29,844 nucleotides of DNA from a virus (Duplodnaviria > Caudoviricetes): positions 1 through 29,844 of the IMG/VR virus record IMGVR_UViG_3300032324_000591; one strand, written 5' to 3'. The translations under genes were made by a program, and so were the position numbers. Each line of letters begins with the position of its first letter. Within the stretch, counting starts at the first letter, position 1. Shown here piece after piece: positions 1 to 10,500 of the stretch. The notes under the pieces were generated by a model. It was not told the DNA's origin and did no database searches. It worked only from the letters and a program-made list of their open reading frames with translations.

Positions 1-1
1 G

Positions 2-1090
2 GACCGCGCAACTCAGATCATGCTGGCGGACAAAAACATTACCGCCACATCGGCCCTCGAAAAGGCACGCCAAGAATTCACCGCTGGCCAGAGCGCGCTG
101 GACCGCACTCAGCAGACAGACCTGGCAACAGCAGCCCAGGCGTCTCAGGCTACGCAAGCAGAAAAAGACCGCGCAACTCAGATCATGCTGGCGGACAAAA
201 ACATTACCGCAGCACAAGCCCTGGAAAAATCACGCCAGGAATCGACTGCCAGTTTGCAAACTGCGCAGCAGACTTTTACAACATCTCAAGCCGCGCTAGA
301 CCGCGCGCAGCAAACGGCGTTAACTGACAAAAGCATTGAGGCTACAAAAAACCTGGAAACTGCAAAACAGACTTTTGCAGCAGCTCAAGCCGTGCTTGAC
401 CGCAATCAACAAACAACCTTGCAAACTGCGCAGCAGACGTTTACAACAGCTCAAGCCGTGCTGGACCGCGCACAACAGGTGTCTTTAACTGACAAGAGTA
501 TTGAAGCTACAAAAAACCTGGAAACTGCAAAACAGACGTTTGCTACTGAGCAAGCCAAACTTGATCGTGCCCAGCAAACAGTTTTGCAAACTGCGCAGCA
601 GACTTTTACAACATCTCAAGCTGAACTCGACCGCGCACAGCAAACGGCGTTAACTGATAAGAGCATTACGGCTACCGCAAACCTGGAAACTGCAAAACAG
701 ACCTTCGCTTCTGCTCAAGCCGCGCTTGACCGTAGTCAGCAAACAATCTTGCAAACTGCGCAGCAGACTTTTACAACAGCTCAAGCCGCGCTAGACCGGG
801 CTAATCAAGTGTCGTTAACTGATAAAAGCATCACCGCTACAGCAAACCTGGAAACCGCAAGACAGACCTTCGCTTCTGCTCAAGCTGTGCTTGACCGTAG
901 CCAACAAACAGTTTTGCAAACTGCGCAACAGACTTTTACAACAGCTCAAGCCGCGCTAGACCGGGCTAACCAAGTATCTTTAACTGATAAGAGCATTGAA
1001 GCTACAAAAAACCTGGAAACTGCAAGACAGACTTTTGCTTCTGCTCAAGCTGTGCTTGACCGTAACCAGCAAACAACCGTACAAACCGCT
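2..1090 (+). repeat. Degenerate 165-bp intragenic tandem repeat
   Basis: ACTGA(C/T)AA recurs at 323, 488, 653, 818 and 983. An identical 44-bp block sits at 2-45 and 167-210. Confidence 0.95.
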
Positions 1091-1486
1091 GATAACGCAG
1101 CCAAGCTCAAGCAATTGGGTTATCAATATGAGTTGGAAAAAACAAAAATACCGGCAGCTTTTGCTGCTCAGATTACCAACACTACTATGTTGGGCGTCAA
1201 CACCATCATGGCCGACTCTACTCTGAGTGCTACTGTTGACGGCAAAGAACCCAGCGGTAGCAGCCCTAAAACACGCGCGGTCCAAAACGTAATTAATTAC
1301 TCCAACGCCCAGATTAGTTGGGCCAATACGTTTTACGGCGCGACGATTCCACCACTAGCTGCGTCTACTGTGGCCGTCCCGCCAGGTGGTGAAGATACGG
1401 CAGTAATCCGCGAACCAAACCCACCAATTAGCCGAACAAGAGCAATAGATCGTTTTGGAAATCAAAATGACGGGATAGAAGTATGA
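2..1486 (+). CDS. Repeat-rich long coiled-coil virion/ejection-associated protein (5'-truncated)
   Basis: Frame is open from the window edge (DRATQIM...). Contains 55-aa A/Q/T-rich repeats, then a unique C-terminus. Stop overlaps the next start (ATGA). Function is inferred from context only. Confidence 0.75.
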   Translation, partial: DRATQIMLADKNITATSALEKARQEFTAGQSALDRTQQTDLATAAQASQATQAEKDRATQIMLADKNITAAQALEKSRQESTASLQTAQQTFTTSQAALDRAQQTALTDKSIEATKNLETAKQTFAAAQAVLDRNQQTTLQTAQQTFTTAQAVLDRAQQVSLTDKSIEATKNLETAKQTFATEQAKLDRAQQTVLQTAQQTFTTSQAELDRAQQTALTDKSITATANLETAKQTFASAQAALDRSQQTILQTAQQTFTTAQAALDRANQVSLTDKSITATANLETARQTFASAQAVLDRSQQTVLQTAQQTFTTAQAALDRANQVSLTDKSIEATKNLETARQTFASAQAVLDRNQQTTVQTADNAAKLKQLGYQYELEKTKIPAAFAAQITNTTMLGVNTIMADSTLSATVDGKEPSGSSPKTRAVQNVINYSNAQISWANTFYGATIPPLAASTVAVPPGGEDTAVIREPNPPISRTRAIDRFGNQNDGIEV

Positions 1487-1923
1487 TCTACAGAAAAGCA
1501 AAATTCCAGGACATTCCAGCTATCGTAGAGATAGCGGTGATCTCCGTGTCAAACAACCCTCTGCCGGTCAACATCGACCGCGAGGCGATGGCGCGCATGG
1601 CCCAGGCTTGTATCAACCCAGCGCACTTCGCCTGGGTAGCAGAAGACGAAGATGGCAAAGTGGTTGCAGTGTTCGGTGCTTGTGTACAGAAGAGTTTTTG
1701 GTACGACAAGATGCAGTGCTCAGTGCTTTTGTACTACTCCCTGGTCAAGGGCGCAGGTCTCAAACTGATACGCGAATTTGCTGCCTGGGTTAAGGGCCGG
1801 TCGGCGATCAAAGTGGCTGTGCTTAGCTTGGAACCAGACGTAGACCCGCGTCTAGTGCGCTTTTTGAAACACCTTGGTTTCTCCAGGGAGACCGTTACCC
1901 TTTCATACGTAAGAGGAATTTAA
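1483..1923 (+). CDS. GNAT-family acetyltransferase-like protein
   Basis: N-terminus IYRKAKFQDIPAIVEI, strand WVAEDEDGKVVAVF, GAGLKLIREFAAW motif-A-like segment, C-terminal FLKHLGF. Typical position ahead of podovirus ejection genes. Confidence 0.75.
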   Translation: MIYRKAKFQDIPAIVEIAVISVSNNPLPVNIDREAMARMAQACINPAHFAWVAEDEDGKVVAVFGACVQKSFWYDKMQCSVLLYYSLVKGAGLKLIREFAAWVKGRSAIKVAVLSLEPDVDPRLVRFLKHLGFSRETVTLSYVRGI

Positions 1924-1925
1924 CC

Positions 1926-2861
1926 ATGACAAAAATAGTTGAGGGAATTGGCGACGCTATCGGCTCCGTAGTCAAGGGTGTAGTAAGTGTTGTCGAAGGC
2001 GTTGTTAAAGGTGTTGGCGATCTAGTCAAAGGTATTGCTGACTCCCCGATTGGTAAGGCCATCCTAATCGCTGGCGCTGTCTACTTTGGAGGTGCGGCGC
2101 TGGCCGGGGGCTTTGGGTCGTCAGCAGCAGGGGGGAGTTTCTTATCAGGCATGGGGACCGGTGTGGCCAGTGCGGCGGAAACGCTTTCCACCGCTTGGTC
2201 CTCCACCCTGGCCGGTAACTTTGGTGAAGCAGCCAGTGGTATAGGTAACGCTTTTGGTACTGCTGGTGCGGCTGGTGGTGAGTCCGCAGCTATGACACAA
2301 GCGCTTCAAAGCGGCGCTTCTACTTTAAGCGCTAGTGGAGCGGTTGCTCCTGCCGTTGAATCTGGGACCGCTGCCTTTAGCACACCTCAAATCACGTCTC
2401 TTACTCCTAGCGGCGCTGGCGCTGGCACGGGGTTAATTTCTAACGGCATGAGTGCAGCCGGGGCTACTGGCAGTACAGTGCTGCCCACTGTAAGCCCTTA
2501 CGCTCTTGTCCAACCAGCCAGCACTCTTGCCAGCACGCTCCCTGCCGCACTCCCCGCCGCAGCCCCGACAGCCGGATGGTGGGCTGGTGTTGATCCTTAT
2601 CTGAAGACCGCCGCTGTGATGGGCGGCACCCAGGTTGTTGGTGGTTTGATCTCTGGCGCTGGCCAAGCCAGTGCAGCTCAAAATGCACGCGATGAGGCCG
2701 AACGAATCAAACTCGAAAATATTGCCAGGTACAACGAAAACACTGGAACCCTTTTGGATTTCAGCCCGTTTGCACGCCCTGCCCCACAACCCCGGTATTA
2801 CCCTCAGCCTACGGCTGTAGCGCAGGCCCCCACAGGCATGGTCGCTAGGTACATGGGCTAA
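1926..2861 (+). CDS. Gly/Ala-rich putative DNA ejection (pilot) protein
   Basis: SD GAGG upstream. Amphipathic N-terminus, hydrophobic ILIAGAVYFGGAALAGG segment, and a second Gly-rich hydrophobic segment followed by a Q/E-rich helix, as in podovirus ejection proteins. Confidence 0.65.
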   Translation: MTKIVEGIGDAIGSVVKGVVSVVEGVVKGVGDLVKGIADSPIGKAILIAGAVYFGGAALAGGFGSSAAGGSFLSGMGTGVASAAETLSTAWSSTLAGNFGEAASGIGNAFGTAGAAGGESAAMTQALQSGASTLSASGAVAPAVESGTAAFSTPQITSLTPSGAGAGTGLISNGMSAAGATGSTVLPTVSPYALVQPASTLASTLPAALPAAAPTAGWWAGVDPYLKTAAVMGGTQVVGGLISGAGQASAAQNARDEAERIKLENIARYNENTGTLLDFSPFARPAPQPRYYPQPTAVAQAPTGMVARYMG

Positions 2862-2879
2862 TAAACAGAAAGACACACC

Positions 2880-3317
2880 ATGGCTACAACAATGAACCAG
2901 ATGCCGCAGCAGCAGCAGCCCGCTGATGAAAACAACCCTGCTTTTGTGCGCGCGTTAAAGTTTGCAATGCGAGTGCTATACGAACAAAAGGCAGCCGGTG
3001 ATGTGGCCAAGCAGTTACGTGCAGCCAAAGATAAAACAGATGCTTTAGGCAGCATTGCTTACGAAATCACTAGCACGGTCGACGAGCGCACCGAAGGCAC
3101 GGTGCCCCGTGAATTGCTTGGTCTATTAGCGATGGCGATCTTAAAAGAAGTGATTGATATTGGCCAAGCGGCCAAAATGAATCTTACCCCACAAGATGCG
3201 GCATCCGCTTTTAAGAACATGCTTTTGCGCTACCTGGGAGAAAACGGCGTAGATACAACTCAGCTTCAACAGGGTATGGACAAAATCGACCCGGCAATCT
3301 TTTCTCAAGGAGCTTAA
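2880..3317 (+). CDS. Hypothetical helical protein of the virion module
   Basis: 145-aa ORF filling the gap between two co-oriented genes; helical composition. Confidence 0.7.
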   Translation: MATTMNQMPQQQQPADENNPAFVRALKFAMRVLYEQKAAGDVAKQLRAAKDKTDALGSIAYEITSTVDERTEGTVPRELLGLLAMAILKEVIDIGQAAKMNLTPQDAASAFKNMLLRYLGENGVDTTQLQQGMDKIDPAIFSQGA

Positions 3318-3319
3318 TC

Positions 3320-4519
3320 ATGGCAGGCGAAGGTTTAATCTGGTCCGGCATTGGGCAAGGGATCGCTAACGCCGGTTCCACTATAGGCAGCTTTATGATG
3401 CGCTCTCAAGAGCGCGATGCTGAACGCGAGTACCGCGAAAGACAAGCCCAGGAAACACGCGATTACCGCGATAAGGTCGACCAGGAAAAGCGCGAGTACC
3501 GGGCTGAGCAAGACGCACTCTACAGGCGCACAGCCGCCCAGCAGACGGCTGGCGGCGGCGGCAAGGACCCCGGCATTCAACAAGCGGATTTAGAGCCTGG
3601 CGGTAAGTACGCTGGCATGGCTGCGGGCAGAGTGGCAGACATAACGTCAAGCATGACCACCGAGAACGATCTTGCCGATATTCGAAAGTACCGCAAAAGC
3701 GGCGAGATTGATGCCAATAAATACGGAAAGCCAATTGAAGTTGGCACAACGCTTGATGATACGTATGGCGAACAACCCGTAACGCAAATGCAAGTGCCCC
3801 CTGCACTTAAAGAAGAATTTACGTTAAAGGCCAAAGCCTTGTCAAGAATAGAAGAAGCCTATGCACTCAAAGGCAATTTCGATGACGTAAAAAAAGGCGA
3901 AAACACTGCTTTCAAAACTGGCGTTGGCCAAGGCGTTTTAGCTGGCACCACCAAAATGGGCATCGGCTCCGGCGCGGTTGCGGCCTCAGAAGGCACGCCG
4001 ATTATCAACGTCGAAGGCGGTGAGCTGTACAACCAGTACAGTGGGGAAAGCAAGACTACGCCCCTGGGCAAATCGCAGATTGCCGAGAACCAGGCCAAAG
4101 CTGGTGAAGCAAAACAAAAAGGTGATGCTGCTGAAACCAAATCCGAACGCCAAGAAAAAGATAAACGCGAAACCACAAAAGATTTGGAGCGCCAAGTAAA
4201 AAATGCAAAAGAGATTTTGTATGAAGGCTTGGGCGTCAGCAACACGGAAGCCCCAGCGGAGTTAAAACGCTTGCAAGATCGGGCTGCGGCTGGCGACGTC
4301 AAGGCCAAAGCCCGGTTGGATGCTTTGGCTCCTGCCATAGAAGATTTAGCTACAACGCGGGCCAAGCTAAAAGCATGGGAAGCAAAAGCCACCCCATCTG
4401 ATACCGGTGGCCGTGCGCCAACCGGCGGAATGCCCGAACCTAAATCGGCGGCAGAAGTTGCTAAATTAAAACCTGGAACCCGATTCAAAGCCCCGGATGG
4501 TTCTATCCGGGTTAGGTAA
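3320..4519 (+). CDS. Putative internal virion/ejection protein
   Basis: SD AAGGAG. Gly-rich hydrophobic N-terminus then a charged coiled coil. C-terminal motif AEVAKLKPGTRFKAPDGSIRVR is of the type seen in genes preceding giant phage proteins. Confidence 0.65.
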   Translation: MAGEGLIWSGIGQGIANAGSTIGSFMMRSQERDAEREYRERQAQETRDYRDKVDQEKREYRAEQDALYRRTAAQQTAGGGGKDPGIQQADLEPGGKYAGMAAGRVADITSSMTTENDLADIRKYRKSGEIDANKYGKPIEVGTTLDDTYGEQPVTQMQVPPALKEEFTLKAKALSRIEEAYALKGNFDDVKKGENTAFKTGVGQGVLAGTTKMGIGSGAVAASEGTPIINVEGGELYNQYSGESKTTPLGKSQIAENQAKAGEAKQKGDAAETKSERQEKDKRETTKDLERQVKNAKEILYEGLGVSNTEAPAELKRLQDRAAAGDVKAKARLDALAPAIEDLATTRAKLKAWEAKATPSDTGGRAPTGGMPEPKSAAEVAKLKPGTRFKAPDGSIRVR

Positions 4520-4524
4520 AAAAT

Positions 4525-7500
4525 ATGGCAAAAGAATGGTGGGAAACTTACGCTCCGGCTGACGAGTCGAAGGACGAGTGGTGGTCAAGCTATGCCGTCG
4601 AGTCTGAAGCGGCTAAGCCCCAAGGGCGACGCGACGTCACCCCGTTCAAGGTAGACATCCAGCAGCCGCGCGCGGCCCCCGTGCGCCAGGCCGCAGCCGC
4701 GCCTGAAGTTTCAACAGAGTACAGCCCAAGCGGTGATGACTTTGGCTCGGCCATCATGGCCGCTGCTGCGCCTGCTGCCCCTGTGCGGTCCAAGTCAGTC
4801 CTGGATAATTTACCGCCAGTTGATCGCACCAAAGAACCGGGCTTTATGCTTCGGCCCGAATTCGTGGACCAGGTGCGCAACAGCTTTGCCAGTATCCCGC
4901 CTGAAAAACGCCGCCAGGCTTTGATCGACGCTGCCGCTGGAACAGACGCCACCGCGCAAGCGGCCCAGCGCATCCTGTTTGACGTGCAAAAAGAAGACAA
5001 ATTCCTTCAAGCGGAAGAGGGTAGTCGGCAGGGCATGATTGACATCGTGCGCAAGGCACCGCGTGTTAAGCCAGAATTAAAGCTCGGCAACCAGCCTAAA
5101 CCGCCAGTCGTTTTTCCAGACGTCACCCCTACCGTCCTGGAGCGGGCCGACGCGTACAAAACCTCTGAAAGCGAACGCATCGCAAACCGGCTGCGCCAAG
5201 ACGAAGCGACACGCACCGTTGTTGGCGCGGAGACCAGCCTGGAAGCGTTGGCGGACCGTGCCGACAGAGAAAGCCGGGACTTTAGCGCTGAAGCATTTGC
5301 CAAAGAAAACCCATACCGCGCCGCCCTGGAATCTGGTGGCCGACAAATAATTTCAGGGTTAGCAAACTCCATTCCAACTATTGTGGATTTTGCTGCTCGG
5401 GTTATAGACGCTACCAAGACTGGTGTTGATACGACCGGAAACTTGACGATGTCTTTTGACACAGACACGTTCAATAATCAAAACGTCCGCGCTCCTACAT
5501 ACCAGTGGGCAGACCGGATGGCCATTACGGCCCGAAGCCTAATGCCAGAAGCTGGTCGCCAGAATATGGCTTCTGCTTTTTCTAAGGGCGAGTTTGGTTC
5601 TTGGCTTGGTTTGAACCTAACCGCTCAAGCACCACAAATGGCTACTAGTTTTGTAGCCGCTATTCTTCCAGCCGCTCGGCCATTTCTTCTTCCCGCAATG
5701 GGCGCGCAATCAGCAGGCCAATCTTTTGGTGAAGGCGACAGCTCTTTGGGCGCTTTGATCAAGGGCGGCGCTGAAATTGTTGGTGAAAGAATTACGCTTG
5801 GTGTGTTTGACCGCACCATGTCTTCGCTTTCCAAACTACCTTTGAGCTTGCAAGCTCCCACCATTCAATCAGTTGGCCGAGCTTTGGCAGCAACGGGCAA
5901 AGTGGTAACGGCCCAGGGCGTTGTCGGGGCTTTAGAAGAAACGACCACGAAGATTTTGCAAAACGGGGTAGACCGTTATCTTGAAGACAAAGATGTTGGC
6001 CTGCTTGATCAAACCGCTGACGCCGCTGTTCTTGGCGCTTTCATGGAAGGCCCGTTAGCCCTTGTCCAAGGACGGGCAGCGTTTAAGGGCGGCGCAAGTT
6101 CTTTTGCCGACGCCCTGGCCGGGGACGTAGCCGGTGCTCAATTTGACCCGGCAGCGTTCGACGCCTACGCCCGTCGTGCCCTGGACGTGCAGTCATACGA
6201 TGCCGCCCTCATCCGGCCATACCAAGCAGCCCGAGTCCAAGAGGACCAGACCGCTCTCCAAACCTCGACCACGGCAACCGACGCGGCCACGGCAGCCGAT
6301 AACCTATCCGGTTCGTTAAACGAGCTTCTAGTGCCCTCAACGGCTATCACGCCCCTACCCCTTGACCCAACCCTTGACATGGGCCAAATGGCCCCTTCTG
6401 TGGGCCGCGCTGAGCCAATTCTGGACCTGGGCATTCCGGCCCCAGTTAGCAGGACTATCGAACCGGCCCTGGACCTCAACGCCCCAGCCGCTGAAGTGCC
6501 GGGGATTAACCAGACAACCGAACAACAGTTTGGCTTGGACAAGCTGCGCATTAACGCGCCCAGGCCGCAAAGCATCCAGGGCACGCCGGTCGCTGACCTG
6601 ACAGACGATCAGCTCCAGGTAATCACTGGCGACGAGACCGTCGCGCCTATCTCTCGCCGCAGTGCAGCAATTGAGCTGACCGCACGCCAGGGGGAGCAGG
6701 CACCCGCGCCCACACCTGTGGCCGAGACCCGCGTAATGACGCCCGAAGAGCTGGGCGCAATGCCGATCCGCGACAGACGCGCATTGGCTAGTCAGTTTGA
6801 TCAGACGGAGAACGAAGATGGCACTATTACATTCACAGCCAAACCTGGAGCTGCGCCAAGTACCCAGATTGTTCCAACCCCCGGAACAGAACAAACTCTC
6901 GGAACAGCGCCAGTGCGGGATGTCGGTAATCAGCCAGTCCTTGACAACGAAACAGTACGAGCAGATGCGCAACGATCTCTGGACCGTTGGGCCGTCGACA
7001 ATGGCCAGGCCATCCCTGCAAAGTTAAACCCTGCACCTGACGCCGAAACCAGAGCTGTCGGCACCATAGCCAATTTGCTGGGCAGCCAGTTTGGTACACG
7101 CGTTATCGCGTTCCACGACACCAGCCCTGGTTCTGTCCAGGGTGTGGCCGTTGGCGGCACTGCCTTTGTCAACACAGCCAACGTGGTGACCAACGTCGGT
7201 CGCGTGTCTTTGCATGAGCTAAAGCACACGATTGAGCAGATTGCGTTTACCGAAAAACAGGCTGGCCTGACCGACACGTCAGCTCAGAAATTCACGGCCC
7301 AGATCGACAGCATCTTCGACGACATGACCGAAGAGGGTAAGCGCGCCTACGTCACCAACTTCCTGCATGCCGCAGAGCTGGCCGCTCTTGACTCCACGCC
7401 CGACATAAAAGAAAGCCGCATCCAAGAGTTACTGCAATCTCCGGTCTTGCGTTCAGAGATGACCGCTGACTTCATGGGCAACCGCGCCACAGATAAAGCG

Positions 7501-10500
7501 TTCTGGGCCGACGTGGCCAAGGCTGATCCGGGTGGGTTCAAAGGCTTTGTGCAAAAGTGGGTAAGCGTCATCGACAATTTGATGAGCACTTTGCGCGGTC
7601 AACCTAAACTGAAAACTGAGTCTGCTAAAGTTGACCAGTACGTGCATGACCTGGGCAAAGCCAAGATGGTGGCACGCGAAGCGCTGATTGCATACCGCCA
7701 AGGAACGCTTCAGCAATTTGAATCAGCACCCGCCGCCAGCTTGCGGCAAGGAGAAATCAATGCACCGACCATCGGAACCCGGGGAAGTGAAAACCTACCA
7801 GGACCAACAGCGCAGGATCGACCAGGCTTTAGCGAAGATGGGGGCGGTCCGACCCCAACCTACGGAACCGCAAGAGCAGGCGCAATCTCCGTTGTCGGAA
7901 GACACTACTCAACGACTCCCCGTCAAACGCTAAGTGGAGCCTACTATGGACAAGGACTCAAGGGGGCAGAACGTACTCGCCTGGACAGTAGCACTGATCC
8001 TCGACTTAAAAACCGCGTCTACTTCTATGTTGACCAAGGCGCAGGTATTCGCCCCGAATCCGGGGTCGGCGGGTACGCACACGAAGCCAAGCTGGACAAC
8101 ATCTATGACCCACAGACTCGACTGATCAAACCGCAGGCCGACGCAAACGCGTTCGAGTCAGCGGTCATCAATGCAGGGTTTGACGGGTACGTTGCACCGT
8201 TTGGCAACGGCCAATCAGCCGTGGTGCTGCTGGGCCAGAAACACAAGGCCGTGCCTGTCAGGCAGATCGGCCAGCCCCGAGCCGCAGCTTTGTCAGCCGA
8301 GGCCGCGCCTACCACCCTCAAGAAGGGCCTGCTGACACGCGAGGCCAGCCAGGTCGACACCGGCAACATCCCCGGTTCGCGCATGCGCATGGGCACCCTG
8401 GAGATACCAGCGGGCCAGGTTGAAGCGGCCAACACCGAGATGGGGCGCATCGGCAGCGAAATACGTTTTGCTAAAAGGCAAGCGGCCCCGGCTCGGGTTA
8501 TGTTTGAGGTCGCGCCTGACCCCAACAACCTTGATCTCAAAACCCGCTGGGACGCGGTGCCCTTTGAGCGCAAGATTGAAATCAGCCAGCGCGTTGCCGC
8601 GAAGATCATGCCCCAGGTTTTCAGATTGGCCGGGGTCCGGGCTAAGATGACCACGCAGTTGGGCGGCTACCTAGAAGACACAAGCCCGTCTTTTGCGGCC
8701 ATAGTCCCAAGCAGCGCATCGGCTCAGCAGCTCATGGACGTGGCCCGCGTCGGCGGCTTTGGCTTGGCCCAGGACAGCATGATGGTTCTGGACTCCAAGC
8801 CTTTTGAGGGGTCTTCCCCTACAGGCTTGATCACCATCACGTTGCCTGAGAACATGCAAGGCCAGGAAGACGTGCATTCAGTCTACCGGGCTGTGCGCAA
8901 AGTGTCGCCTGAAAACATCAGTGGCCACACAACGGTTGGCCAAGAAATGGTTTTGGCCGTTCCTTCTGATAGGATGGCCGACCTTACATCGAAAATTGCG
9001 GGAGTGCTAAACGCTCGGCCCGAAAACTTTAGCATCGGTTTTGCGGAAGGCCACATGGCTTTCCCAACCAAAGAGGAGTACGACTATGGTAGTGAAACAG
9101 GGGCAGTATCTGCCGAGCTTTTTGCAAAACGGACAGAAGCTAGTCGCATCCGCCAAGAAGCCAGCGCCGCAATCGAAGCCGAACTCGCAACCGACGAAAG
9201 CGCCGGTGGGCGCAAAATAGACACAGGCCGTTATCGTAGCGTCGCGGACGCCCTTAGCCTTTCCCAAGCGGAATACGACGCCACCGCGCTGCCCCTTATG
9301 CTGGGGGGAACTAAAGGTAAAACCTTCCGCGCCCCCAATGTTGGCGGCATCCCGGAAATTGTGCAGTGGTTGGACCAGCGCCGGGCTGACAGCGGGTTGC
9401 CCAAGTTAGACCTCAACAAACCGGAAGACCGCACCACCTTGGCTAAGCTGCTGGCGTCTGAGGCCGTGGCGGCAATCCGCAGCGCGGGCAACGCAGTCGA
9501 ATGGTACGACGAGACTGTCGCTAAAACGCTACAAATCATGGCGGTCAAGTATCCAGAGCTGGACACCGATCCAAACGCACGCAATGCCTTTTTGCTGGCC
9601 GTAGCCATATCGTCCCAGACGATGGACGTTGAGGCCAATTTAAAATACGCGTCCCAGCAGTACGAACAATTCCGCAACACCGGTCAATTCCCAGAAACCG
9701 GCACTGGTAAATCCGCCCCGGCGATGGCCAAGAATTTTGCTTTGGCCAACGACGTGCTGGCTGATATGGGGCCGGGCTTGTTGCGTCGGTTCCTGCAAAC
9801 AGAATTTACCAAGCGAGAGCTGGAGACCATAGGCTTCCCAATTGGCGGCGAGTCAATGGACGAAAAAATGCTTGGCTCTGCTATCTTTGGACCCAAGATT
9901 GGTTTTGGTTTTTACAGCAACCTTTCGGGCAACTTTGAGCCGATCACCATGGACATGTGGTTCATGCGCACCGTTGGTCGTTTGGCCGGAACGCTGCCTG
10001 CATTTGACCCGGTCCTGTTCCCCAAGCAAGTGGCCAAGCTGCGCGCTGCCCTGGCAGAAACCGGCCCAGCCGAACGTGGCGTCTACGCTGCCCAGTTTGA
10101 TCCGGCTGCCGTCCAGGCCGCGATGGAGACAGACGAAGGGGCCGTCGCCCTGGCCCGCCAGGTGAGCAGCCTGCATAACCGCCAATTCATCAAAGAGCGC
10201 GCTGCGTTTGACTCAGGCACCCGGATCAAAACCCCCTTGGTTGGCGCGGCTGGAGCCATACTAAAATCGGCTGACAAACCAACTGACGCACCATCCAGTG
10301 GGGGTGAGCGCCAACGCTTGCGTGACGTAACTCGCCAAATGGTGGCTATGGTTGAGCAGCAGACAGGTAAGCGCGTGCCGCCAGCGGCCTTGCAAGCGCT
10401 GATCTGGTATCCAGAGCAAGAGCTTTACAAGAAGCTGGGCGCTGGTCTTTATGTGACTAGCCAAGACTATGCGGGTGCGGCAAAATCACTACTTACGAAA

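Noticed and set aside
2-1090. Regularly spaced repeats as a CRISPR array
   Set aside because: The repeats are in-frame, degenerate at synonymous positions, and have no unique spacers.
6797-7027. Other +1-frame ORFs within the giant genes (also 4733-4924, 6362-6601, 9842-10165)
   Set aside because: No convincing SD-ATG, and the peptides look like frame-shift noise.
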